Positions 48,443 to 57,336 of a stretch of 64,000 bases of DNA are shown piece after piece. Below the pieces are notes generated by a model. It did no database searches. It saw only the letters and a list, made by a program, of their open reading frames with translations, and had not been told where the DNA came from. Source of the stretch: Clostridiales bacterium (lineage in GTDB: Bacteria > Bacillota > Clostridia > Oscillospirales > Oscillospiraceae); NCBI GenBank assembly GCA_004551945.1, contig SFPN01000005.1, forward strand, positions 10,450 through 74,449, read 5' to 3'. How positions within the stretch are numbered: position 1 is the stretch's first letter; each line of letters starts with the position of its first letter. The translations under genes and the position numbers were made by a program.

Positions 48443-48479
48443 TAGTTTTGTTTAAGGACAGGATGGTTTCGAACTGTCC
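48443..48479 (-). ncRNA. preQ1-I riboswitch aptamer
   Basis: GGACAG-TTCGAAACCATC-CTGTCC-TTAAACAAAACTA: P1 stem, characteristic loop and A-rich tail; upstream of Q-salvage genes. Confidence 0.85.
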
Positions 48480-48495
48480 GGATACTGTTTCGCTT

Positions 48496-48524
48496 ACTAT
48501 AACACAGCCCGCCCCAAAACGCAA
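48496..48524 (-). promoter_or_regulatory. sigma-A-like promoter of the riboswitch-queL-yhhQ unit
   Basis: TTGCGT-17 nt-TATAGT with extended TG. Confidence 0.55.
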
Positions 48525-48530
48525 CCCACA

Positions 48531-48561
48531 GAAAAGCCGCCGCACAGCTGTGCGGCGGCTT
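48531..48561 (-). terminator. Intrinsic terminator after pckG
   Basis: AAGCCGCCGCACA/TGTGCGGCGGCTT stem plus U-tract. Confidence 0.7.
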
Positions 48562-48585
48562 GGTGATCTTGGGGTATGTATGGGA

Positions 48586-50355
48586 TCAGGCGTTCAGCCG
48601 TTCCTCCAAGGCATCCAGCTCCTGGGCCAGCTCCTTGGGGAGCTTGTCGCCGAACTGCTTGTAGAATCCCCGGACACCGGCGGCCTCTTCCTTCCACAGG
48701 TCCTTGTCGACGCTGAGCAGGTCGGCCAGGGTCTCCCGGCTCACGTCCACGCCCTCCAGATTGATGTCCTCCACGTTGGGCAGGTAGCCGATCTCGGTCT
48801 CCCGTGCGCCCACCTCGTCGAAGCAGCGCTTGAGAATCCATTCCACCACGCGCAGGTTCTCGCTGAAGCCCGGCCAGATGAACTCGCCGTGCTCGTCGGT
48901 GCGGAACCAGTTGACGTTGAAGATCTTGGGCGGGTTGGCGATGGACTGCTCCATGTCCAGCCAGTGCTGCCAGTAGTCAGCCATGTGGTAGCCGCAGAAG
49001 GGCAGCATGGCCATGGGGTCGCGGCGGGTCTCGCCCACGGTTCCCTCGGCAGCGGCGGTCTTTTCAGAGCCCATGATGGAGCCGACGAACACGCCGTGCT
49101 TCCAGTCCCGGGACTGGTAGACCAGGGGTGCGGTCTTGGCCCGGCGGCCGCCGAAGATGATGGCAGAGATGGGCACGCCGTTGGGGTTATTAAACTCCGG
49201 GGAGATGCAGGGGCAGTTCTCCGCAGGAGCGGTAAAGCGGGAGTTGGGGTGGGCAGCAGGACCCTCAGCGGTTTCGGGGCTCCAGGGGTTGCCCTTCCAG
49301 TCCAGGGCGTTGTGGGGCGGATTCTTATCCAGCTTCTCCCACCACACGGTGTTGTCGTCCAGGTTCAGAGCCACGTTGGTGAAGATGGTGCCCTTCTGGG
49401 TGGTGGCCAGGGCGTTGGGGTTGGACTTTTCGTTGGTGCCGGGGGCCACGCCGAAGAAGCCCTTCTCCGGGTTCACCGCCCACAGGCGGCCGTCGGGACC
49501 CACCCGCAGCCAGGCGATGTCGTCGCCCACGCACCAGCACTTCCAGCCGTTCTTCTGATAGCCCTCGGGGGGAATCAGCATGGCCAGGTTGGTCTTGCCG
49601 CAGGCAGAGGGGAAGGCGCCGGTGACATAGCGGATCTCTCCCTTGGGGTTCTGGATGCCCAGGATGAGCATGTGCTCAGCCAGCCAGCCCTCCTGCCGGC
49701 CCAGGTTGGAGGCGATGCGCAGGGCGAAGCACTTCTTGCCCTGGAGCACGTTGCCGCCGTAGCCGGAGTTGATGGACATGATGGTGTTGTCCTCGGGGAA
49801 CTGGACGATGTACCGCTCCTCGGGGTCCAGATTGGCCTTGGCGTGCAGGCCCTTGATAAAGTCGGGGGAGTCGCCCAGCTGGTCAAAGATGGCCTGGCCC
49901 ACCCGGGTCATGATGGCCATGTTCAGCACCACATAGATGGAGTCGGTGAGCTCAATGCCGTACTTGGCAAAGGGGGAACCCACCACGCCCATGCAGTAGG
50001 GGATCACATACATGGTGCGGCCCTTCATGGAGCCGTCGTAGAGCTTGCGGAGCTTGGCGTACATCTCCTCCGGGTCCATCCAGTTGTTGGTGGGGCCGGC
50101 GTCCTCCTTCTTCTTGCAGCAGATAAAGGTGCGGCTCTCCACCCGGGCCACGTCCGTGGGGTCAGACCGGTGGAGGTAGCAACCGGGCAGCTTCTCCTGG
50201 TTCAGCTTGGTGATCTCGCCGGTGGCGCAGGCTTCCTCCCGCAGTCCCTCCAGCTGGGCCTCGCTGCCGTCGATCCAGATGACCTGGTCCGGCTTGGTCA
50301 GGGCAACCTGTTCGTTGATCCAGTTAAGGATGTGTTGATTCTTTGTTAATTCCAT
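48586..50355 (-). CDS. pckG: Phosphoenolpyruvate carboxykinase (GTP)
   Basis: DVARVESRTF, SGYGGN, GKKCFALRIAS, AFPSACGKTNLAM, CVGDDIAW, AHPNSRF, NVNWFR. Confidence 0.97.
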   Translation of the reverse strand: MELTKNQHILNWINEQVALTKPDQVIWIDGSEAQLEGLREEACATGEITKLNQEKLPGCYLHRSDPTDVARVESRTFICCKKKEDAGPTNNWMDPEEMYAKLRKLYDGSMKGRTMYVIPYCMGVVGSPFAKYGIELTDSIYVVLNMAIMTRVGQAIFDQLGDSPDFIKGLHAKANLDPEERYIVQFPEDNTIMSINSGYGGNVLQGKKCFALRIASNLGRQEGWLAEHMLILGIQNPKGEIRYVTGAFPSACGKTNLAMLIPPEGYQKNGWKCWCVGDDIAWLRVGPDGRLWAVNPEKGFFGVAPGTNEKSNPNALATTQKGTIFTNVALNLDDNTVWWEKLDKNPPHNALDWKGNPWSPETAEGPAAHPNSRFTAPAENCPCISPEFNNPNGVPISAIIFGGRRAKTAPLVYQSRDWKHGVFVGSIMGSEKTAAAEGTVGETRRDPMAMLPFCGYHMADYWQHWLDMEQSIANPPKIFNVNWFRTDEHGEFIWPGFSENLRVVEWILKRCFDEVGARETEIGYLPNVEDINLEGVDVSRETLADLLSVDKDLWKEEAAGVRGFYKQFGDKLPKELAQELDALEERLNA

Positions 50356-50396
50356 ATGAAATGCCCTCCTTAGAGCCTTTCCTCTTTTTCCTATCC

Positions 50397-50425
50397 ATTA
50401 TATTCCTCTGCAACTTTTATTGCAA
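50397..50425 (-). promoter_or_regulatory. sigma-A-like promoter of pckG
   Basis: TTGCAA-17 nt-TATAAT. Confidence 0.7.
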
Positions 50426-50435
50426 GAAAAAACCG

Positions 50436-51302
50436 TCAACTTCTTTGAATTTCCCCTATTTTTCGTGATAATTGGGCAAACTCCGCAAAACTCAGCCGTT
50501 CTCCCCGAACCGTATCCGGCAAATTGCAGGATACAATCGCCTGCCGGACCATTTCCTTGTCCGTGCCTTTTCCCAGCATGGCGTGCAGGGCGTTCAGCAG
50601 GGTTTTCCGGCGCTGGCCGAAAGCGGCCCGGACCACCTGGAAAAACAGGTCCGGGTCCCCCACCTCCGCCGGCGGCTGGCCCCGGAGGGTCATGCGGATC
50701 ACCGAGGAGGTGACCTTGGGGGCGGGATAGAAGCAGGCGGGGGGCACGTCGTAGAGCAGCTCACTGTCGGCGTAATACTGGCACAGGAGGGTGAAGGCCC
50801 CGTACTCCGCCGAACCCGGCCGGGCGCAGATCCGCAGGGCCACCTCCCGCTGGATCATCACCGTCACCGCCTGGAAGCACCCGGCCTGGAGCAGGGCGGT
50901 GATGGCGGGGGTGGTGATGTTATAGGGCAGGTTGGCGCAGGCCACCGCCGGCAGGTCCCCCAGCTTTTCCCGGCACAGGGCGGGGATGTCGGTTTTTAAA
51001 ATGTCCCCGGGGACGATCTCCACGTTGGGATAGGGGGCCATGGTCTCCGCCAGCACCGGCAGCAGGCTCTGGTCCAGCTCCACGGACACCACCCGCTCCC
51101 CCAGCTTGGCCAGCTGCTCCGTGAGGGGGCCGATCCCCGGCCCCACCTCCAGAACCCCCACCCCGGGCGCCGCGCCGGAGGCTGCCGCCGTCTGCTGAGG
51201 AACCCAGGGGGCGATGAGAAAGTTCTGGCCCATGCTCTTGGAAAACCGGAAGCCGTGGCGGCCCAGAAGCTCCTTGATCTCTTTTTGGCTGCACAAATTC
51301 AT
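50436..51302 (-). CDS. rsmA: 16S rRNA dimethyladenosine transferase
   Basis: KSMGQNFL, LEVGPGIGPLT, ANLPYNITTP, MIQREVA, FGQRRKTL. Confidence 0.97.
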   Translation of the reverse strand: MNLCSQKEIKELLGRHGFRFSKSMGQNFLIAPWVPQQTAAASGAAPGVGVLEVGPGIGPLTEQLAKLGERVVSVELDQSLLPVLAETMAPYPNVEIVPGDILKTDIPALCREKLGDLPAVACANLPYNITTPAITALLQAGCFQAVTVMIQREVALRICARPGSAEYGAFTLLCQYYADSELLYDVPPACFYPAPKVTSSVIRMTLRGQPPAEVGDPDLFFQVVRAAFGQRRKTLLNALHAMLGKGTDKEMVRQAIVSCNLPDTVRGERLSFAEFAQLSRKIGEIQRS

Positions 51303-51365
51303 GGCGGCACCCTCTTCCTTCCTTTTTTGCCTATCTTATCACAGCCCCCGCCTGATTGCAACGAC

Positions 51366-51394
51366 GCACAGGCACCCGGGACGGCGCATAGATT
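51366..51394 (+). promoter_or_regulatory. SigK/SigE-like promoter of the amidase
   Basis: GCACA-16 nt-CATAGATT. Confidence 0.5.
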
Positions 51395-51415
51395 GGAAAA
51401 AAAGGAGGGATTGCT

Positions 51416-52156
51416 TTGCCTGTCATCTATCTGTCTCCATCCACCCAGGAGTTCAACGAATACATTACCGGCGGCTCGGAAGAGTACTGGATGAACCTGC
51501 TGGCCGACGCCATGGAGCCCATCCTCACTTCCTCGGGGATCCGCTACATCCGGAACACCCCGGACATGACCGCCGCCTCGTCCATCCTGGCCTCCAACGC
51601 CGGAAACTACGGCCTGCACCTGGCCCTTCACTCCAACGCCTCCGGAGAGGGGCAAGCCGGGCAGAACCGGGGGATTCTGGCCTTTTACTACCCCGGCTCT
51701 GCCCAGGGTCTTCGGGCCGCCCAGCTGCTGGTGGACGGCCTGAAGGCCATCTATCCCCTGCCCAACCTGGTGCGGACAGAGCCCACCACCACCCTCGGGG
51801 AGATCCGCCGGGTCCGTGCCCCGTCAGTGCTGCTGGAGCTGGGGTACCACGACAACTACGAGGACGCCGTCTGGATCACCTCCCACATCGACGCCATGGC
51901 GGAAAACCTGGTGCTCTCCCTCACCGAGTTCTTCGGCATCCCCTTTTTCCGCTCCAGCAATCCCCTGCCCGGGGTGGTGCAGGTGGAACAGGGGGCCTTG
52001 AACGTCCACGAGCGCCCCGCCTATGACGCCCCTGTCATCGCCCGGCTGTACAACGGCACCCAGGTCACCGTTCTCAACGAATATTACGGCTGGTACCTCA
52101 TCCAGATGGGGGATCTGCCCGGCTACGCCGCAGCCAATTTTATCCAACTTTTGTAA
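51416..52156 (+). CDS. N-acetylmuramoyl-L-alanine amidase (Amidase_3) with C-terminal SH3b-like domain
   Basis: IYLSPSTQE, LALHSNA, VLLELGYHDN, LNVHERP...VTVL...GWY; TTG start, RBS AGGAGG. Confidence 0.85.
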   Translation: MPVIYLSPSTQEFNEYITGGSEEYWMNLLADAMEPILTSSGIRYIRNTPDMTAASSILASNAGNYGLHLALHSNASGEGQAGQNRGILAFYYPGSAQGLRAAQLLVDGLKAIYPLPNLVRTEPTTTLGEIRRVRAPSVLLELGYHDNYEDAVWITSHIDAMAENLVLSLTEFFGIPFFRSSNPLPGVVQVEQGALNVHERPAYDAPVIARLYNGTQVTVLNEYYGWYLIQMGDLPGYAAANFIQLL

Positions 52157-52237
52157 CCGGGATTCGTTCACAAATTGTTCATCCAAAGTTTGAAAATTGT
52201 CCACTTCTCTTGACCCGGGGTATGGTATCTTATTATC

Positions 52238-52347
52238 GTAATCAAAAAGTCATGCAGCAATGACTTCTCTCTTTTCTCTCTCTTTTCTCTCTTCCTAAAA
52301 TATGACACAGCCAAAAGGCCGGGGCGTTTGCCCCGGCCTTTTGCTTT
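52238..52347 (+). ncRNA. Candidate small RNA (hairpin, CU-rich tract, terminator)
   Basis: Extended -10 TGGTATCTT (52223-52231), hairpin 52247-52266, pyrimidine tract to 52295, 14-bp hairpin 52312-52343; no convincing ORF. Confidence 0.45.
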
Positions 52348-52371
52348 CCCCATATAGCATTGACTTGAAGA

Positions 52372-52406
52372 GAAAAACAGAGCCGGAGCAGCCGCTCCGG
52401 CTCTGT
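52372..52406 (-). terminator. Intrinsic terminator after the permease operon
   Basis: ACAGAGCCGGAGC/GCTCCGGCTCTGT stem plus U-tract on - strand. Confidence 0.7.
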
Positions 52407-52425
52407 CAGTTGTTTTCCTGGCTGC

Positions 52426-52797
52426 TTACAGATGGCGGCCCTTGGTCTCGGCCTTCACTCTGCGAAGCATCTTCACCAAATAGTATACCAGACCTATGAA
52501 GTATGGCAGGCCAAAATAGGTGAGCGTTCCGCGGGTCACGGAGAGGTCAGCGTACATGCACAGCAGGCCAATCACAAGGGTGAAGCCGCAGATGATGAAT
52601 AGGGACACATACTTCGGAATCCGAAGAACTTTGTAGCCCATGGAGTGCTTATTGCCGATTCTCTTTGCTGCGTAAAAATCCATCAGCAGGAGAATCACAA
52701 GGCTTGCCAGGGCGTAAATCACTACCTCCGTCATAATGACGTCGCTGGTGGCGATATCCTGAAGGACATCGTTGGCTGCTGCCGCTGTTTCATTCAT
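52426..52797 (-). CDS. Small uncharacterised membrane protein (about 3 TM helices)
   Basis: RBS AAGGAG, three hydrophobic segments, followed by a terminator. Confidence 0.7.
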   Translation of the reverse strand: MNETAAAANDVLQDIATSDVIMTEVVIYALASLVILLLMDFYAAKRIGNKHSMGYKVLRIPKYVSLFIICGFTLVIGLLCMYADLSVTRGTLTYFGLPYFIGLVYYLVKMLRRVKAETKGRHL

Positions 52798-52866
52798 AGG
52801 GGATACTCCTTTGGGGACTCAGGTTAATGGGGTGCTGAAAATGGGGTCAAACAAGGGAAGCTGCCC

Positions 52867-54351
52867 TTAGTTCTCCTCCATGTGAGCGAACACGCCATGC
52901 TTCAGATCTGCCAGAGACATACCCTTGCGCTGACCGCTGGAAGCCAGATACAGGATCAGGCCGATGACCAGCCAGCCGAAGAACATCTTCACAGCCTGGG
53001 CACCCACATAGAAGGGGGAGGCAGGGATGAACATGCAGATCAGAACCACGGTGGAGACGATGGCTGCAAAGCCAGCCATGGCCAGACCGCCGGGGATCTT
53101 GTAAGGACGGTTCAGGCTGGGCTCGGTCTTGCGCAGGCGGATCAGGCTCCAGCAGGTGATTGCCCAGGACAGCACGAAGGCTGCTGCGGAGAAGCAGGTG
53201 ATGGAGTCGATCATGTTGGCGCCCAGGAAGGGACCGATGAGGGACAGCACCAGGCAGACGATCAGGCCGGGAACGGGGATGCCGTTCTTGTTCTGCTGAG
53301 CAAAGACCTTGGGCATCACGCGGCCGCGGGCCATGGACATCAGCAGGTTTGCGGAAGCCATGAAGAAGCCGTTCCAGGTGGTGAACAGACCGGCGATAGC
53401 GCCGATGGTGATCAGCCAGTACAGAACCAGGCCAGCGGTGCCGGGGAACAGGAACTTGAACATGGTGGCAGCTGCGGGACGCTCCATGCCGGCGAACTCC
53501 TGCCAGGGCCATGCAAAGCCGAAGCAGAACAGCAGGATAGCGTAGAAAATGCAGGCCAGAGCAACGGACAGAACGACGGTCTTACCAACGGAGCTCACCT
53601 CACCGCCGGCTTCCTCAACGCCCTGGGGGATGGTCTCGAAACCAGCCAGGAAGAAGGGAGCGGAGGCCAGGATGGCGAAGATGCCGCCGGCCATGCTGCT
53701 GTGGGAGACGGCCTTCAGGCCCTCTGCGGGGTCACCGTAGATGGCGGGGTTGGTCACGTCATAAAGAGGCTGCCAGTTGCTGGCGTTGCCGCCCACCAGG
53801 GAGGCAACGGCGCCGATGATGGCTGCGCCAACCAGAATGAAGCAGAGGATCTTCTGCACGAATGCTGCGGCGGCCAGACCGCGCATGTTCAGAGCGAACA
53901 GCAGCAGAGAGCAGATGGTGCCGATGATAATGGTGGTCAGATAAATGTCGGAACCCATAACCTGGTACAGGGGGTTGCCTGCCTTCAGGCCGGGGATCAG
54001 ATAGCCCAGAACGTCAGTGATCTGGATGGCTTCCCAGGGGATGATAGCCACGAATGCGCCGAAGGCTGCCCAGCCGGACAGAACGGCGATCTTGTCATTA
54101 AAGGCACGATAGGCGAAGGCCATGCCGCCGCCGGCGACGGGCAGCATAGGAACCAGTTCGCAGTAGCACAGTGCGATGGGGAGCATCATGACCAGAGCCA
54201 CGATGTAACCGATGCCGGCGGGAACAGGACCGCCGCAGCTGGTCATCCAGCCGTTGATGGAGACGGCCCAGCCGACCCCGACGATGGCGCCGAAACCAAT
54301 GCAGAAAAAGTCAATGGCGCCTACGCCTTTTTTCTCTCCCTGATTACTCAT
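52867..54351 (-). CDS. APC family amino acid/polyamine permease
   Basis: IGFGAIVGVGW, YCEL...PVAGG, FFLAGFETIPQGVEE, MARGRVMP, RPYKIP; about 12 TM helices. Confidence 0.92.
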   Translation of the reverse strand: MSNQGEKKGVGAIDFFCIGFGAIVGVGWAVSINGWMTSCGGPVPAGIGYIVALVMMLPIALCYCELVPMLPVAGGGMAFAYRAFNDKIAVLSGWAAFGAFVAIIPWEAIQITDVLGYLIPGLKAGNPLYQVMGSDIYLTTIIIGTICSLLLFALNMRGLAAAAFVQKILCFILVGAAIIGAVASLVGGNASNWQPLYDVTNPAIYGDPAEGLKAVSHSSMAGGIFAILASAPFFLAGFETIPQGVEEAGGEVSSVGKTVVLSVALACIFYAILLFCFGFAWPWQEFAGMERPAAATMFKFLFPGTAGLVLYWLITIGAIAGLFTTWNGFFMASANLLMSMARGRVMPKVFAQQNKNGIPVPGLIVCLVLSLIGPFLGANMIDSITCFSAAAFVLSWAITCWSLIRLRKTEPSLNRPYKIPGGLAMAGFAAIVSTVVLICMFIPASPFYVGAQAVKMFFGWLVIGLILYLASSGQRKGMSLADLKHGVFAHMEEN

Positions 54352-54709
54352 AATTTTACCTCGTTTCTTGTGTGAAATATCCTTTGAATCTCGGTTTCAA
54401 ATAGAATTTCATGGGTCTCCGGTCCGCGGGTGGCTCATTCATCCGGCCGCCGGAGGTGGTTTCTTCGAAGTGAACCCTCTTCTAATGTCTTCCTTCATTG
54501 GAAGAAACTCCACTCGGTTATGCATGCGTTTATTCCAGGATTCTGCGTACCTCCCGGGTCACCACATCCCTCCCTTATTTTGTTGTGTGAGCCACACTCC
54601 CCGCCTGCTTTTTCGTCCTTTTGACGAAGCCGCAGGCCATTCGAGTGGAATTAGTATATCACACTGTATAGAAAAAATAAAGACAAAATTTCATTTTTCG
54701 GCAAAATTA

Positions 54710-56113
54710 TCACCTGGCATTACTTTTCCGCCGGGTTCCTTCCCTTTTTCCGGGAGAGATTTCTCCTTTTTTTGCAGGATATGATTCTAAAAACTTCACA
54801 AGAGCCTGCTTTTCATTCTCCACGCTGCCCTCCAGCACACCCTCCAGCAGCATCCGCTGGGCCCGGCCGATTTCCGGTCCCCGCAGGCCCAGGGCCATCA
54901 GATCCTGACCCCGGAGGGCCAGGTCCCGCACCGTCAGGCAGGGGGACTGGGCCAGGATCTCCCGGGCCAGCGCCTCCACCGCGTCCAGCCGGGCCTTGCG
55001 GCTCCGGTAGGCCGGGGCCAGCGCCCCGGTGTCCCCCCGCTGAAGGTCGATAAGCTGGAAAAAAGGTTCCGCCCCCAGCTTGTTCAGCCACCGCTTGACC
55101 AGGCGGGGGTCCTCCTCTATGACAGAATCATGGTAATGTACTAAGGTTTCTGCCCGCTGGCAGACTGCCTTGGGAAAGCGCAGTCGGGTCAGGATTTCCC
55201 GGGTCATAGCGGCGCTTTCCCTGGCGTGCCCGTAAAAATGGCCCTCTCCGTCCTCTCCCAGGGAGAAGCACCGGGGTTTTCCCACGTCGTGGAGCAAGGC
55301 GGCCAGCCGCAGGGAGAGCCCGGAGGGCACCCCGTCCACCGCCGCGGCGGTATGGGCCAGCAGATCATAGCAGTGGTGCCGGTTGCGCTGGTCAAACCCC
55401 ACCATAGGCAGAAGCTCCGGGATCACCTGTCCCAAAATATCGGGGTAGGTCTGCAAGACATGGCCCGCCCCCTTGCCCAGCAGGAGCTTAGCCAGCTCGG
55501 CGCTGACCCGCTCGGCAGAAATCTTTTTCAGCAGTCCCGCCTGCCGACGGGCGGCTTCTTCGGTCTCCTGTTCCAAAGAAAATCCCAGCACCGAGGCAAA
55601 CCGCAGGCCCCGGAGAATCCGCAGGGCGTCCTCCTGAAAGCGAATCATGGGATTTCCCACCGCCCGGATTTGTGCATGTTGCACATCTTCCTGCCCTCCG
55701 AAAAAGTCTTGGAGGCCCTCTCCGGGGCTGTAGGCCATGGCGTTCATGGTGAAGTCCCGGCGGGCAGCGTCCTCCCGCAGGGACCGGGTAAAGGTGACCT
55801 GGTCCGGGTGGCGGGCGTCGGAGTAGTCCCCGTCCACCCGGTAGGTGGTGATCTCCAAAGGCTCTCCCTCCAGCACCACGGTAACTGTTCCGTGGCGGAT
55901 GCCGGTCTCAATCACCGGCAGGCCCTGAAAGACTGCCTTGGTCTCCTCCGGCAGGGCGGAGGTGGTGATGTCGTAATCCTTGGGGGAGAGCCCCAGAAGG
56001 AAATCCCGGACGCAGCCCCCCACAATCCACGCCTCATACCCTGCCGCCCGGAGCATCTCCAGGGCCCGGGCCGCCGGAGGGGACAGGGGAAACGCCTTCT
56101 GTTCCTGTGCCAT
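54710..56113 (-). CDS. cca: CCA tRNA nucleotidyltransferase with HD domain
   Basis: VGGCVRD, DYDI, EDAARRDFTMNA, EDALRILRGLRF, LLHDVGKP; start re-called at MAQEQ. Confidence 0.9.
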   Translation of the reverse strand: MAQEQKAFPLSPPAARALEMLRAAGYEAWIVGGCVRDFLLGLSPKDYDITTSALPEETKAVFQGLPVIETGIRHGTVTVVLEGEPLEITTYRVDGDYSDARHPDQVTFTRSLREDAARRDFTMNAMAYSPGEGLQDFFGGQEDVQHAQIRAVGNPMIRFQEDALRILRGLRFASVLGFSLEQETEEAARRQAGLLKKISAERVSAELAKLLLGKGAGHVLQTYPDILGQVIPELLPMVGFDQRNRHHCYDLLAHTAAAVDGVPSGLSLRLAALLHDVGKPRCFSLGEDGEGHFYGHARESAAMTREILTRLRFPKAVCQRAETLVHYHDSVIEEDPRLVKRWLNKLGAEPFFQLIDLQRGDTGALAPAYRSRKARLDAVEALAREILAQSPCLTVRDLALRGQDLMALGLRGPEIGRAQRMLLEGVLEGSVENEKQALVKFLESYPAKKGEISPGKREGTRRKSNAR

Positions 56114-56222
56114 GCTTCCGCCGCCTTTCCGCTTTTTCTCCACTATAGCATTTCCCAGGGGAAAAAGAAAGGCAAAAGCCCTCCCCCGCAGGCGAGATTC
56201 CCCGGGGAAGGGCGGGCAAGGC

Positions 56223-56807
56223 TCATTCGGCCTCGATGATTTTGATCTGGTCGGCGCTCAAGCCGGTCTGCTCCATGACGATCTCCCCGATCCGGGCAGC
56301 GTCCGTGTCGGTCATGCCGTTTTCCAGGGAGGAGACCACCACGCTGATGCTGTCCTCCCCCAGGAAGGCCACGCAGTCGGCGTAGCCCTTGGCGGTGACC
56401 AGGTTCTCGATCTGGGCCTCGGTCATGGTATAGTCGGCCATGGTCTGGATGGCGGCGTTGGCCTCGTCGATGGCGGTCTGGTCGGCCTTCTCATCGCTGG
56501 CCGCCTCCTGGAGCAGGGACAGGGCGTTGTCCCGGGCCTGCTGACGGTTCAGCCGGGCGGTAGAGAAGTAGCTGCCCAACGTCTCATCGGCGCTGTCCGC
56601 CCCCTCCTGGGCGGCGCCGTCCTCCTGGGTTCCTTCGGAGGGGTCCTGCCGGTTCAGCAGGGAGCTGCTCTGGCTGTCCACCAGGGCAGCCTCCCCCAGG
56701 TTTTTCCCCGCCTCCGCGTCCTGGGAGTAGCTCCAATTCAAATAGACCGCCCCGCAGACAAAGAGCACGATGGCCGCCGCGATGGCATTGCGTTTCCAGA
56801 GTTTCAT
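56223..56807 (-). CDS. spoIIIAH: Stage III sporulation protein AH
   Basis: AVYLNW TM helix, YFSTARLNRQQARD, IENLVTAKGYADCV; last gene of the operon. Confidence 0.9.
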   Translation of the reverse strand: MKLWKRNAIAAAIVLFVCGAVYLNWSYSQDAEAGKNLGEAALVDSQSSSLLNRQDPSEGTQEDGAAQEGADSADETLGSYFSTARLNRQQARDNALSLLQEAASDEKADQTAIDEANAAIQTMADYTMTEAQIENLVTAKGYADCVAFLGEDSISVVVSSLENGMTDTDAARIGEIVMEQTGLSADQIKIIEAE

Positions 56808-56817
56808 AGCTTCTTCC

Positions 56818-57336
56818 TCACTTTCCTTTACTGATGGAGATTTTATCGGCTCCCAGGCCGGTCAGCGCCGACGTGGCCTCGGTGAGCTTCAAGCGCACGG
56901 TGGGGTCGTCCCCGCCGGGGCAGACCAGAAGGGCCCCCTGATAGCTGGGGTAGAGCTCCTGGACGCTGACCGTCTCCTGGCTGCCGCTGCCCCGGGAGAG
57001 GACCACCGTCTCGGTCTGCTCCCGTCCCTCCTCCCCGTCCCGGTCCACGTTCTGGGCCAGCACCTGCCGGGGGCCGTCCTGGAGGGTGAGGACCACGGTG
57101 ACCTCTCCCGCCCCGTCAATCCGGGACAGGGCCTGGGCCAGCCGGTCCTCCATGGCCGCCAGGTCAAACTGGGTGGCAGAGGCCGGAGTTTCCTCCTCCT
57201 GGGCTTCCTCTTCCTTTCCGGAGGGAAGCGCCAGCAGAACCAGCCCCGCCAGAATCACCAGCCACACCAGCCGGTATGCCTTTGTGGTTTCCTTGATTTT
57301 CCCGGCCAGGCGGGCCAGGGTTTCTCTCCCGTTCAT
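56818..57336 (-). CDS. spoIIIAG: Stage III sporulation protein AG
   Basis: LSRIDGAGEVTVVLT, YPSYQGALLVCPGGDD, GLGADKISI. Confidence 0.9.
   Translation of the reverse strand: MNGRETLARLAGKIKETTKAYRLVWLVILAGLVLLALPSGKEEEAQEEETPASATQFDLAAMEDRLAQALSRIDGAGEVTVVLTLQDGPRQVLAQNVDRDGEEGREQTETVVLSRGSGSQETVSVQELYPSYQGALLVCPGGDDPTVRLKLTEATSALTGLGADKISISKGK

Noticed and set aside
52168..52353. 61-aa - strand ORF with KREKREKREK
   Set aside because: It is the reverse reading of the CT tract and terminator, with no RBS
54686..54708. Possible CodY box upstream of the APC permease
   Set aside because: About 4 mismatches in an AT-rich stretch, which is not distinguishable from chance
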